Assembly (NCBI GenBank): GCA_903847585.1
Contig: CAINEC010000193.1
Coordinates: forward strand, 52,507 to 116,506
DNA from: an uncultured Bacteroidota bacterium
GTDB lineage: Bacteria; Bacteroidota; Bacteroidia; AKYH767-A; OLB10
Direction of reading: 5' to 3'
DNA: 64,000 nt
Shown: in pieces, positions 40,076-49,795 of the stretch
Numbering within the stretch: the first letter of the stretch is position 1
Layout: every line of letters starts with the position of its first letter
Made by a program: the position numbers and the translations under genes
Notes under the pieces: model-generated
Told to the model about the DNA's origin: nothing
Database searches by the model: none
What the model saw: only the letters and a program-made list of their open reading frames with translations

Positions 40076-43000
40076 CTAATTACTATTTATTGATTGTTTT
40101 GCTGTGTTTTTACTTCGTTGCGATGAGTTTGGTGAAGCAAAGTTATAGTTAATTCCTCCCAGTGGCAATAACACGGGGTTTTTACTCCATGTCTCCAAAG
40201 AATTACGATGATTGACTACCAGATAATAACTTCCTCCAGAGTAAACACTTGGGAATGAAACCGAGGCATTTCCTGCTACATCCAACACAGTTCTTCTAGT
40301 GGTGATGTAATTATATGGGAATGCACTTGAATATAAAGAAACACTTATTGTATCTGCGGTTAAAGGTGCGTTTATCGCGTCAGAAACAGGTATCAATGAA
40401 TTATTTAGTGCATAGAACCCCTCAATTAAAAGTTTAATATTTACAACGCATGATGCAGTTGGAACGCCAACCCCAAAAGGATTAACTGTGGAAGTAAAAC
40501 AACCTTCAGCGTTTGTTATTTTAATTGCCCCTGTAGTAGCTCCACTAGGCACAATCGCATGAATTGCTAAATCATTCACCACGTTAAATTGTGAAGATGA
40601 AATGTTATTGAATTGAATATTATTTACTCCAGTGAAATTATAACCAGAGATCCCAACATCAGTTCCCACAGGCCCTGTTGAAGGTGAAAAGCTTGTGATA
40701 ACTGGAGCGGCAACAGCTGTAATGGTGCTTGATGCTGATTGCTGACAACCCGTACCTAAACCATAGGTATAGGTAACTGTAAATGTCCCAGGCCCTGATA
40801 AATTTCCGAAGAAACTGCCTGACTGAACATAAGAACCACTGTAAACTCCTCCGGATGGACTTCCTTGATTTAAAACTTTCGAAGTGTTAGTACAAACAGT
40901 ACCCAGATTAGCCAAAGTAACAACTGGAACCGCTGAAACATTAACAATAGCACTTCCGGAAACTGTTCCACTACAATAGGGGCCGCTTACACTCGTTAAT
41001 GTATAATTTTTAGAAGATGTAGGAGCTAAATTGATGTAGTAAGGATTTGTGGATGTAGTAACTGAAGTATTCGTTGTGCCATCTGTATAGATAAACGTCC
41101 AAGGCGAATATCCTGTTAGATCAACTTTTGCTTGAACGATAGCTCCGGAACAAATTGCAAAAGACCCGCTTATTGTTGCAGTTGGTGCATCACACTGATC
41201 AGAAATACAAATTTTAAATGTTCCCGGAGTTCCTGTTGCTGGAGTCCATACTCTTAAAACATAATCCGCTTGCGGATTTAAACCATTCAACGCAAATGTT
41301 CCATTTGGATTAGCATAACATTGAATTTCAAAACCGCCGCATTCAAATATCAAAGCAGCCTTCAATCCCACGGCAGTTAAAGGTGTTATTGACAAATCTA
41401 AATCACCATAATTACCGGTATTAAATTTAAACCATACATCGGTGTATCCTGCGGCCAAGGCATCACATGTCTGAGCTGCAGCTGTTGAAACCGTTGCATT
41501 AACATTGGTAAATGTTTGTCCGCTTGCAGGGCAAGATTGAGGCGGTGTTATGGTAATATAGGTTGATGTAGCACAGTCATCATTTGCGGGAGGCAATGGA
41601 CAAGCTGTAGTCGTGTAAGCAGCCACACTACAGGTCCCGCTTACTCCTCGCGAGTAAGTCCAAATCCGAACATAATAAGTGGCACCTGGCGTGTACTCGT
41701 TTTGACATAATGAAATTTCTGGCATAAATCCATTAACATCATCTGCGCAACGATAAGCGTTAATATTTGAACCTGGACAATTAGTCCAAACTTCCATTAC
41801 CCAATCGTTGATTGTTCCAGCTTGTGTGGTAACGACTATCTTAGAATTATTGGTAGAGGGAGCAATGAACTTAAACCAAACATCATCGTCACCAACCTTT
41901 CCAATAGAATCAGAACAAATATTGTTTGGGGCATTTAAAGAAACCCCAGAAGCAACTGAAGAGTAAGAAATGGTAGACAGTGAATTCTGCAATGATAAGG
42001 AGGCTGCAGTTAAACAGTCTTCTCCGTCTGATCCCGTAGTAAATGTAAAACTTTGAATCGAGCTTGAATCCGTCAAACTACAAAATTGTCGCACGTAAAT
42101 CTGATAGGTTGTTTGAGCTGTTAATCCCGATAAATTAATGGTATTCGTTGTCACTTCTGACCTAGTACCGTTTCCTAATGTAAACCCATTAAGTCCATAT
42201 TCGACTTTATATTTTAAGGCTGAAACAGCGGGATTCCAACCAATTATTGCTGACGTTTTAGTCACATATGTAGCAGAAAAACCAGAAGGAGGAGGGCAAG
42301 AAGGAGGAGCAAATCGAAAAACAATATTATTCGGATTTAACGTGCTTCCTACATTACAATTAGCATTATTTGCAGCACCTGCAACTGAATTAAGCCAACT
42401 AGTGTGTGTCCCTGTAACTACACTCCTATTTAATACATTAGTTGGGAATGTATTATTAACACCTCTCAACCCTACTTGCATTTTGTTACCTGCAGCACTT
42501 GTAGAAAATCCTGTTCCTACATTTCCATAACAATACTCTATCGCATTTGATGTTTCATATAGTTTAACCTGAAAGTTTAAATAGTTAACAAGCGTAGTTG
42601 CGCTAGACCATGGACGCATAAACTTCCATTGCACAACAAAAACTCTGTTAGGTGAAGAACCTAAAACCTGATACCTTATTTCCGAATTTTTTGTTGTATC
42701 AACTGCATTATAAAATCCGTTCAAGTCATTGGCCATTGGCGCAAGTACTCCAGCAAATGCAGAATTATCTGACAAGGGAAGATTCAATGAAACATTCGGC
42801 GATAATGTACCAAATGTGATGAATCCATTTGAACTTACATACATCCCCGTATATGAATTGTTTTCAAACTTAAATGAGAAAGGTATAGTGCCAGCCGGAA
42901 GATTATAAACTGCCTTATCCAAAGAAGGAATATTACCAGTACTCGCTGTAGTTTTACCTAGTAAGGTCCCGCCAGTAATTAGACTGAATGTACTTGTTGA

Positions 43001-43105
43001 GCTGGTAAATTGATAAGTTGATAATGTTTGGGAAAAACCATTTACCGCCAAAAAACAAATCAGAAACGATAAACAAAAAAAGTTTTTGTTGTAGAAATTA
43101 AACAT
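40076..43105 (-). CDS. Paralogous Cys-rich surface protein with FN3 and IPT/TIG domains and a non-type-A C-terminal domain
   Basis: Shares long blocks with 35221-40002 (TTQAGT.NDWVMEVW, MPEIS.CQNEY, FECGGFEI, GLNPQADY.LRVWT); IPT PVITSFSP; ends KLLIEGFY..YYLVVNHRNSLETWS. Confidence 0.82.
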   Translation of the reverse strand: MFNFYNKNFFCLSFLICFLAVNGFSQTLSTYQFTSSTSTFSLITGGTLLGKTTASTGNIPSLDKAVYNLPAGTIPFSFKFENNSYTGMYVSSNGFITFGTLSPNVSLNLPLSDNSAFAGVLAPMANDLNGFYNAVDTTKNSEIRYQVLGSSPNRVFVVQWKFMRPWSSATTLVNYLNFQVKLYETSNAIEYCYGNVGTGFSTSAAGNKMQVGLRGVNNTFPTNVLNRSVVTGTHTSWLNSVAGAANNANCNVGSTLNPNNIVFRFAPPSCPPPSGFSATYVTKTSAIIGWNPAVSALKYKVEYGLNGFTLGNGTRSEVTTNTINLSGLTAQTTYQIYVRQFCSLTDSSSIQSFTFTTGSDGEDCLTAASLSLQNSLSTISYSSVASGVSLNAPNNICSDSIGKVGDDDVWFKFIAPSTNNSKIVVTTQAGTINDWVMEVWTNCPGSNINAYRCADDVNGFMPEISLCQNEYTPGATYYVRIWTYSRGVSGTCSVAAYTTTACPLPPANDDCATSTYITITPPQSCPASGQTFTNVNATVSTAAAQTCDALAAGYTDVWFKFNTGNYGDLDLSITPLTAVGLKAALIFECGGFEIQCYANPNGTFALNGLNPQADYVLRVWTPATGTPGTFKICISDQCDAPTATISGSFAICSGAIVQAKVDLTGYSPWTFIYTDGTTNTSVTTSTNPYYINLAPTSSKNYTLTSVSGPYCSGTVSGSAIVNVSAVPVVTLANLGTVCTNTSKVLNQGSPSGGVYSGSYVQSGSFFGNLSGPGTFTVTYTYGLGTGCQQSASSTITAVAAPVITSFSPSTGPVGTDVGISGYNFTGVNNIQFNNISSSQFNVVNDLAIHAIVPSGATTGAIKITNAEGCFTSTVNPFGVGVPTASCVVNIKLLIEGFYALNNSLIPVSDAINAPLTADTISVSLYSSAFPYNYITTRRTVLDVAGNASVSFPSVYSGGSYYLVVNHRNSLETWSKNPVLLPLGGINYNFASPNSSQRSKNTAKQSINSN

Positions 43106-43268
43106 AAGTCGATTATTAATTAGATTCTTTACAAACGAAAGAAATTTAAACTTGATTATAACTGACTAATTTACATAAAACATGCGACTTAAAACAAATT
43201 TTTAAGCACATTTTCAATCATATGAATCTAAAAAATGACACTACTCTATTTGTTTTGACAATTTTTAA

Positions 43269-43276
43269 TACATTTG
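43269..43276 (+). promoter_or_regulatory. -7 box TACATTTG of the tRNA promoter
   Basis: TAnnTTTG 20 nt upstream of the tRNA. Confidence 0.65.
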
Positions 43277-43296
43277 CACCTCTTAAAACCAGAATT

Positions 43297-43370
<74 letters not shown>

Positions 43371-43442
43371 CAAAGATTAGGTCCTTTTTACACAGACCTT
43401 AAAAAAAAGAAGATTTTTCTTGCATCCTGTTTTTTCGCGCCC

Positions 43443-43450
43443 TATATTTG
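43443..43450 (+). promoter_or_regulatory. -7 box TATATTTG for the PID-CTERM micro-protein gene
   Basis: TAnnTTTG 29 nt upstream of ATG 43480. Confidence 0.6.
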
Positions 43451-43479
43451 TTAGATAAAGCAAGAAAAATTATTTAACT

Positions 43480-43659
43480 ATGAAAAATAAAATCCTAATT
43501 GCGTTACCTTTAATCGGATTAATGGTATTAGCCTCTTCTCCTCTATTTGCGCAAAGTTGCAACCCTAATGTACCTATCGATGGTGGTTTAAGTGCTTTGT
43601 TAGTAGCAGGTGCTGGTTATGGCATCAAAAAAATTAACGATAAAAGAAAAGAGAAGTAA
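43480..43659 (+). CDS. 59-aa PID-CTERM protein-sorting-signal micro-protein, not in the ORF track
   Basis: MKNKILIALPLIGLMVLASSPLFA|QSCNPNV-PIDGGLSALLVAGAGYGI-KKINDKRKEK: signal peptide, PID motif, TM helix and basic tail; has its own promoter box and terminator and lies next to an exosortase. Confidence 0.88.
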   Translation: MKNKILIALPLIGLMVLASSPLFAQSCNPNVPIDGGLSALLVAGAGYGIKKINDKRKEK

Positions 43660-43670
43660 TTCTTAAAAAC

Positions 43671-43712
43671 AAAATAAAAAAAGGTTAGCATTTGCTAACC
43701 TTTTTTTATTTT
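43671..43712 (+). terminator. Strong intrinsic terminator, perfect 20-bp inverted repeat
   Basis: AAAATAAAAAAAGGTTAGCA-TT-TGCTAACCTTTTTTTATTTT. Confidence 0.85.
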
Positions 43713-43720
43713 TACCCTGT

Positions 43721-44251
43721 ATGAAAGTCGGTATTTTAAATTCTCAATACAAAATCGTAGTTGTATTTATTATTAAAGCTATACTGCTTTATGTAGCATG
43801 GTTCATCTTTAACGACTTTATCATTGCTCAATCAGGAGTTAACGATTGGCTTAATCATCGTGTAGCATATGATGCAAGCGTTTTTTTAAAGTTGTTGGGG
43901 TATACTACTTCTATCGAACCTGGCAACCATCAATTTTTAATTGATATCAATACCAAGCGAATGGTTGGTGTTGGTAATCCTTGTAATGGATTAGAACTAT
44001 TTGCACTATTTGCTGGATTTGTCCTTTGCTTTCCCGGCGGTACAATAAAGAAATTATGGTTTATTCCACTTGGAATTTTCATAATCCACATATCAAACTT
44101 TATTAGAGCAGCTTCACTTGCACTAATACAGTATTACAATCCAGCATATTTAGAATTTAATCATCATTATACTTTTGTAATAATTGTTTACGGAATAATA
44201 TTCGGACTTTGGATCGTTTGGGTAAATCGCTTAGCTACTTTAAAAAAATGA
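43721..44251 (+). CDS. Short exosortase/archaeosortase-family protein (XrtX-like)
   Basis: Catalytic triad candidates C88 (GNPCNG), R129 (SNFIR), H148/H149 (FNHHY); four hydrophobic helices. Confidence 0.85.
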   Translation: MKVGILNSQYKIVVVFIIKAILLYVAWFIFNDFIIAQSGVNDWLNHRVAYDASVFLKLLGYTTSIEPGNHQFLIDINTKRMVGVGNPCNGLELFALFAGFVLCFPGGTIKKLWFIPLGIFIIHISNFIRAASLALIQYYNPAYLEFNHHYTFVIIVYGIIFGLWIVWVNRLATLKK

Positions 44252-44736
44252 TTCGTTTAACGAAACCCTTCAACAATATACTTGCGGCTTTATCTTTTTT
44301 AGTGCTATTGTTTTTTGGATGGAAACGAGAAGATAAATTATTAGTGATTAGTCAAAAAGGATTTCATTTTTTAAATAAATATCCTAAAACGGAAATAACA
44401 AATTACACAAATGAGGTCAGTAATCTCGTTAGCTTTCAATTATCGCCTAAACTGCAATCATCCATTTTTTTTAGCATCATTTATATTGCACTATGCTACC
44501 TAGTATTAGTAATGCATACTCGCGATAAATACTTAGGAAAGATATTGGTGGCAACCTATTTAATTTACATGGGACTAAGTTTTGTATTTCTGACCCTGTA
44601 CAATTTTAAAGTCGATTATCGCTTAAGTGCTGGACTAGCTCATTACCTAGAAGATCTTTTTCTTTCTCCATTAATTTTAATGGCCTTTATAACAATTTAC
44701 CATTTGAAAGAAAAATTACAAGAAAAAAAGGATTAA
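44248..44736 (+). CDS. Exosortase-associated membrane protein
   Basis: ATGA overlap with the exosortase stop codon; about 4 TMs; C-terminal SPLIL. Confidence 0.7.
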   Translation: MIRLTKPFNNILAALSFLVLLFFGWKREDKLLVISQKGFHFLNKYPKTEITNYTNEVSNLVSFQLSPKLQSSIFFSIIYIALCYLVLVMHTRDKYLGKILVATYLIYMGLSFVFLTLYNFKVDYRLSAGLAHYLEDLFLSPLILMAFITIYHLKEKLQEKKD

Positions 44737-45767
44737 TTACTTCTAGCCTTTTTGATAAAAATATTGTTAAGTATCGCCCAGAAATATTGAAAATCTGTTT
44801 TTATAGGTGCCTTCTCATATTCTTTTAAGTACTTCAATTCTGAATTAATAATCTCTTCTAAAGTCTTAGGCATATCTACATAAAAAGGTGGAAGCAAACC
44901 TGGCTTGGAATCTTTTCTTTTTTCCTGCAACTCTTTAGTATAAAGAGAATAATAATGACGACTTAAAGGACGTACACCGACTATTTTCAAATCACCTTTT
45001 AAAAGGTTATAAATCATTGGTAATTCATCCAACCAGCATTTTCTTAGAAATGCTCCCCATCGAGTAATTCTAAAGTCATCGGCGAACTTGCCGCCTTCAG
45101 TTAAATTATTAGTCTCGTAGATATATTCCTGAAGGTATTCAGCATAGGGATACATGGTGCGGAACTTATAAACGCTAATTATTTTCCCATCTTTACCTAC
45201 TCTTCTCATCGCGAATAATGGTCCGTAGGAAGGGTTTAAATCATATACTGGAGCCTTTTCTTTCTGACCAACAAAATAAAGTTTATTGTTAATTTCCTTG
45301 ATTTCTAAAATCCTGAAACCACATGAACACAATCGCCCTAAAGCTTCTGCTTTCGACATTGCGCGGTTTCTTCCGTCGGTAAGGAAAAAATATAATTTCT
45401 TTAAGAATGGAAGTTTAGGCCAAACTCTCTTAAATACAAAATCTCCGAGTTGGTACATTTGAGATACAACTGGCGGAAATTTACTTTTAATACGGAGTAT
45501 TCTTTGTTCGTGTGTTTCAACGCATCCAATATAAATTCCTCCAACAGGCAATTTTTCATTGATTGCTTCTTGAAATTTATTTACAAAGCGAATATCATTG
45601 ATCTTTTTCAGATTAACGACAGCATCAATAGTATGTTGGTCAATATTAAGAATATTAAAAGTAGTAGTTGTCATCATAACTTTTGATTTGTCAGATGCAA
45701 CATTAACATACTTTTCAAGTAGTGTTATTAGCTCAGGAGCCGTGTCTTTTAATATCTCGGTATTCAT
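44733..45767 (-). CDS. Bacterial sugar transferase (polyprenyl-phosphate phosphoglycosyltransferase)
   Basis: RVGKDGK..YKFRTM..DFRIT..LRKCWLDELP..VGVRP..KPGL. Confidence 0.88.
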   Translation of the reverse strand: MNTEILKDTAPELITLLEKYVNVASDKSKVMMTTTTFNILNIDQHTIDAVVNLKKINDIRFVNKFQEAINEKLPVGGIYIGCVETHEQRILRIKSKFPPVVSQMYQLGDFVFKRVWPKLPFLKKLYFFLTDGRNRAMSKAEALGRLCSCGFRILEIKEINNKLYFVGQKEKAPVYDLNPSYGPLFAMRRVGKDGKIISVYKFRTMYPYAEYLQEYIYETNNLTEGGKFADDFRITRWGAFLRKCWLDELPMIYNLLKGDLKIVGVRPLSRHYYSLYTKELQEKRKDSKPGLLPPFYVDMPKTLEEIINSELKYLKEYEKAPIKTDFQYFWAILNNIFIKKARSN

Positions 45768-45950
45768 TATTTATTAGATGACACAATCTACTATAAACTA
45801 ATCGAATTCATGAATTAATTTCCGCCAAAGGCAAAAAATAGTGGGTAAATAACTCCGATAAAATTTTGAGTAGATTGTTAAATTTAAAGCTCTAACGGAC
45901 GGAATACAAATTAAGTTGATAACTATTTGGCAAAACCTTACAGTTTACTT

Positions 45951-46583
45951 TTAGATTAGACCAGCCCAAAGCAAATAAATCAAGCGGCATCCAAACAAAA
46001 TTAAACCCACACCAGAAATCTTATTTAAGATTGAAATAAAGCGTACGGTCATCATTTTCTTTAGATTAATTGCTAATGCAGCTTTTAGTAAATCAGTTAA
46101 AAAAATGGTCGTAAGTGTGCTGCTAAAAAAAATAACTGAATCTAAAGAACCACCCGACTTATTAACAACTAAAGTAGTGCTTACACCAATCCAGAAAAAC
46201 AATACAAATGGATTCAAGGCGTTCATGACAAACCCTTTTATAATATCGAAAAATAAGTCTTTCGAACTAACATCATTTTTAATTGCAATATCCTTTGGGT
46301 CAGAAACCTTGGTTACAATTGAAGAAATCCCAAACCCGATTAATAATATCCCACCAACTATAGCAACCCAATCACGATGGCTATCAAGAAATCCAACCAA
46401 TGACTTACTGAATTCTATTATTGAAATGTAAAAACCATCGCTTAAAACTACTCCCAATGCAAAATAAAATGCTGAACGAAAACCATTTTTGATGCTAATG
46501 TTAATCAACATAAAAAACACCGGCCCAAGCATAATGGCCATTAACAAACCTAATCCTACACCGGCAACAATTTGATTAATCAT
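45951..46583 (-). CDS. LysE family translocator
   Basis: GPVFF..I..GF, KGFVMNALNP..FW; 6 TMs. Confidence 0.85.
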   Translation of the reverse strand: MINQIVAGVGLGLLMAIMLGPVFFMLINISIKNGFRSAFYFALGVVLSDGFYISIIEFSKSLVGFLDSHRDWVAIVGGILLIGFGISSIVTKVSDPKDIAIKNDVSSKDLFFDIIKGFVMNALNPFVLFFWIGVSTTLVVNKSGGSLDSVIFFSSTLTTIFLTDLLKAALAINLKKMMTVRFISILNKISGVGLILFGCRLIYLLWAGLI

Positions 46584-46643
46584 CGAATTAAAAGGCTAAT
46601 ATATTTATTATTCCTTGACTAAACGATTTACAAGGAGATTAAC

Positions 46644-46651
46644 TAAATTTG
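46644..46651 (+). promoter_or_regulatory. -7 box TAAATTTG, near-leaderless transcript
   Basis: TAnnTTTG ends 4 nt before ATG 46656. Confidence 0.55.
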
Positions 46652-46655
46652 ACCA

Positions 46656-47690
46656 ATGAAAAAAAAATCCGCTTTTTTTGTTTTATGTTTGGTACTTGGC
46701 CTTCTGATTTCATCTTGCGACAATTCGCTTGATATTTTAGATGAGTATAAGGAGACCCCAATCGTTTACGGATTACTCAATAAAAACGATACCGTACACT
46801 ACGTCCGTATTCAGAAAGGTTTTTTAGGAGAAGGAAATGCGCTTCTGATGGCTCAATATGCAGACAGCATTTACTACGACACTTCAGAAGTTGATGTGAC
46901 TATTTACAGCGTAATAAACGGGCAGCAGACGGATACAATTAGATTACAACCAACTTTCAGCAAAGTCAAAGAAGAAGGTCTTTTTACTGATGAGAAGCAT
47001 CGTCTTTATCAATTATTTCTTCAAGAACGTATTAACGGAACAATTAATCTGAAACCGTATTTCAAATTAAAAACAGATGCAATCTACCGCTTTGAGTTAA
47101 AAAATAAAGCAACAGGTTTAACATCTGTGGCCTCTACTAATCTTGTCGAAACAATTAGTCAACAAAGCCTTTTCCCATCATCAAAAATAAATCTTGCCTC
47201 CGACTATCCTTACAATGTAAAAATTGGAAGTGCAAGGAATGGAAAAGTGTATGGCCTCATTATGCGTTTTAAATACAAAGAATTTAAGCCAGGTGCGACA
47301 GTAGGTACAGATAAGTACATCGATTACTATCTTGAAAACATATTGAGCACGAACACGAATGGAGGACAATCATTAACTTTTTTAATTGATGGCGCTACGT
47401 TCTTCAGTTATTTGAAGCAACGCATTCCAAAAGATAATAGTGTTAGTCGACCAATAGGTTATGTTGCAGCTGATTTTGTTTTTACTGTTGGAACACCAGA
47501 CTTATACAATTACATTCAGGTAAATGCGCCAGGGAATACAGTGAATTACATTCCTGAATATACCAACCTTAGCAATGGAAAAGGAATCTTCACAAGCCGT
47601 TGGTCAAGTACTGTCTATAATATGAAGTTCAATACTCCTTCGCAAGATTCTTTACTTTACGGTAAATATACTACAGGACTTTTTAACTAA
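46656..47690 (+). CDS. Outer-membrane lipoprotein, DUF4249-like
   Basis: Lipobox ISSC; PIVYGLL..VRIQK; YTNLSNGKGIF. Confidence 0.65.
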   Translation: MKKKSAFFVLCLVLGLLISSCDNSLDILDEYKETPIVYGLLNKNDTVHYVRIQKGFLGEGNALLMAQYADSIYYDTSEVDVTIYSVINGQQTDTIRLQPTFSKVKEEGLFTDEKHRLYQLFLQERINGTINLKPYFKLKTDAIYRFELKNKATGLTSVASTNLVETISQQSLFPSSKINLASDYPYNVKIGSARNGKVYGLIMRFKYKEFKPGATVGTDKYIDYYLENILSTNTNGGQSLTFLIDGATFFSYLKQRIPKDNSVSRPIGYVAADFVFTVGTPDLYNYIQVNAPGNTVNYIPEYTNLSNGKGIFTSRWSSTVYNMKFNTPSQDSLLYGKYTTGLFN

Positions 47691-47704
47691 ATTGTAGGAC
47701 TATT

Positions 47705-47787
47705 TGTCACTCTGTCAGATTTAATTCAAACCTTTTACGATTAATTGTCATATTTATGACAGAAAACTCTGATGGCATATGTATTGC
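47705..47787 (+). promoter_or_regulatory. sigma54-type -24/-12 promoter of dnaK with upstream TGTCA/TGACA boxes
   Basis: TGGCAT-ATGTA-TTGC at 47773-47787; TGTCA at 47705, 47713 and 47746; TGACA at 47757. Confidence 0.7.
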
Positions 47788-47825
47788 CAACGGCCGCGAA
47801 ATTTTTAAAACTAAAAATCAAACAT

Positions 47826-49724
47826 ATGAGAAAAGTAATTGGAATTGACCTTGGAACAACGAACTCTTGCGTTGCTGTAATGGAAGGTAGTGAGCCTACA
47901 GTCATCGCGAACAGTGAAGGTCGCAGAACAACACCATCGATGGTTGCCTTTATTAAGGATGGTGAACGCAAAGTAGGAGACCCTGCAAAGCGTCAAGCAA
48001 TCACAAACCCTAAACACACCATTCAATCTATTAAGCGATTCATGGGTGAGTCATTTGATAAAATGACAAACGAAATTTCAAGAGTGCCTTACGAAGTTGT
48101 TAAGGGTGACAACAACACACCAAGAGTAAAAATTGAGGAGCGTTTATATACTCCACAAGAAATCTCAGCAATGATTTTACAAAAAATGAAAAAAACAGCT
48201 GAAGATTATTTAGGGTACGAAGTAAGTGAAGCTGTAATTACAGTTCCTGCTTATTTTAATGATGCGCAGCGCCAGGCAACTAAAGAAGCTGGTGAAATTT
48301 CTGGATTAAAAGTGTTAAGAATTATCAATGAACCTACAGCTGCTGCTTTAGCATATGGCTTGGATAAAAAACATACAGATACGAAAGTTGCTGTATTCGA
48401 TTTAGGAGGTGGTACATTCGATATTTCGATCTTAGAATTAGGAGATGGTGTATTTGAAGTAAAGTCAACAAATGGAGATACACACTTAGGTGGTGATGAT
48501 TTCGACCAAGTAATTATTGATTGGTTAAGTCAGGAGTTTAAGAACGATGAAGGCATTGATCTTAAAAAAGACCCTATGGCTATGCAGCGTTTAAAAGAGG
48601 CTGCTGAGAAAGCGAAGATTGAATTATCTAGTTCATCTCAAACAGAAATCAACTTGCCTTACATTATGCCAGTTGATGGAATTCCTAAACACTTAGTAAA
48701 AACATTAACGCGTTCTAAATTTGAACAATTAGCAGATTCTTTAATTCAGAGAACATTAGAGCCATGTAAAAAAGCATTGGCTGATGCAAAAATGACAGCA
48801 TCTAATATCGATGAAGTCATTTTAGTAGGTGGATCAACAAGAATTCCTGCCATTCAAGAAATCGTTGAGAAATTCTTTGGTAAGAAGCCATCTAAAGGTG
48901 TTAATCCTGATGAAGTAGTTGCATTAGGTGCAGCAATTCAAGGAGCGGTATTAACAGGAGAAGTAAAAGATGTATTATTACTTGATGTAACTCCGTTATC
49001 ACTAGGAATTGAAACAATGGGTGGAGTAATGACGAAATTAATTGAAGCCAATACCACCATTCCTTCGAAAAAATCAGAAGTGTTTTCAACGGCTTCAGAC
49101 AACCAACCATCTGTTGAGATTCACATCTTACAAGGTGAGAGACCGATGGCGAAAGACAATAGAACAATTGGTCGCTTTCACTTAGATAGCATCCCTCCTG
49201 CTCCACGTGGTGTGCCTCAAATCGAAGTTATTTTTGATATTGATGCTAATGGAATTCTCCATGTAACTGCAAAGGATAAAGCAACGGGCAAGAGTCAAAA
49301 TATTCGTATTGAAGCATCATCAGGATTAAATGACGACGAAATCAAACGTATGAAAGAAGAAGCTGAAGCAAATGCAGATGCAGATCGTAAGATGAAAGAA
49401 GAAGCAGATAAAATCAATCAGGCTGATTCACTAATCTTCCAAAGCGAAAAACAATTAACTGAGTTTGGAGACAAGATCCCTGCAGATAAGAAATCGGCTA
49501 TTGAATCTGGTCTAAACGAATTAAAAGAGGCGCATAAAAACCGCGATTTAGCTGGAATTGAAGCTGCAATGACAAACTTAAATGCCGCTTGGCAATCTGC
49601 TTCGCAAGACATGTATAATGCATCACAGCAAACTGAAGGGACTCCTGACCAAGGGCCTACGAATAATGCTGGTGACAATGTTACTGATGTTGAATTCGAA
49701 GAAGTAAAAGACGAGAAAAAATAA
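47826..49724 (+). CDS. dnaK: Chaperone DnaK (Hsp70)
   Basis: [26 protein letters not shown]; start set at MRKVIG. Confidence 0.98.
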   Translation: MRKVIGIDLGTTNSCVAVMEGSEPTVIANSEGRRTTPSMVAFIKDGERKVGDPAKRQAITNPKHTIQSIKRFMGESFDKMTNEISRVPYEVVKGDNNTPRVKIEERLYTPQEISAMILQKMKKTAEDYLGYEVSEAVITVPAYFNDAQRQATKEAGEISGLKVLRIINEPTAAALAYGLDKKHTDTKVAVFDLGGGTFDISILELGDGVFEVKSTNGDTHLGGDDFDQVIIDWLSQEFKNDEGIDLKKDPMAMQRLKEAAEKAKIELSSSSQTEINLPYIMPVDGIPKHLVKTLTRSKFEQLADSLIQRTLEPCKKALADAKMTASNIDEVILVGGSTRIPAIQEIVEKFFGKKPSKGVNPDEVVALGAAIQGAVLTGEVKDVLLLDVTPLSLGIETMGGVMTKLIEANTTIPSKKSEVFSTASDNQPSVEIHILQGERPMAKDNRTIGRFHLDSIPPAPRGVPQIEVIFDIDANGILHVTAKDKATGKSQNIRIEASSGLNDDEIKRMKEEAEANADADRKMKEEADKINQADSLIFQSEKQLTEFGDKIPADKKSAIESGLNELKEAHKNRDLAGIEAAMTNLNAAWQSASQDMYNASQQTEGTPDQGPTNNAGDNVTDVEFEEVKDEKK

Positions 49725-49740
49725 TTCTCAACTTAGTGTA

Positions 49741-49780
49741 AATAAAAAGAGGGCTGATAAATCAGCCCTCTTTTTTATTT
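49741..49780. terminator. Bidirectional intrinsic terminator
   Basis: AAAAAGAGGGCTGAT-AA-ATCAGCCCTCTTTTT between convergent genes. Confidence 0.88.
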
Positions 49781-49795
49781 TATAATAATTAATGA

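Noticed and set aside
46659..46667. A9 tract after the start codon as a phase-variation switch
   Set aside because: Encodes the usual KKK n-region; such runs are expected at this AT content and the frame is intact
47772..47825. 18-codon N-terminal extension of DnaK in the ORF track
   Set aside because: That ATG lies within the sigma54-type promoter; the conserved DnaK start is at 47826
47741..49678. Antisense ORFs over dnaK, and similar short shadow ORFs over other genes
   Set aside because: Typical antisense shadows of codon-biased genes with no independent motifs
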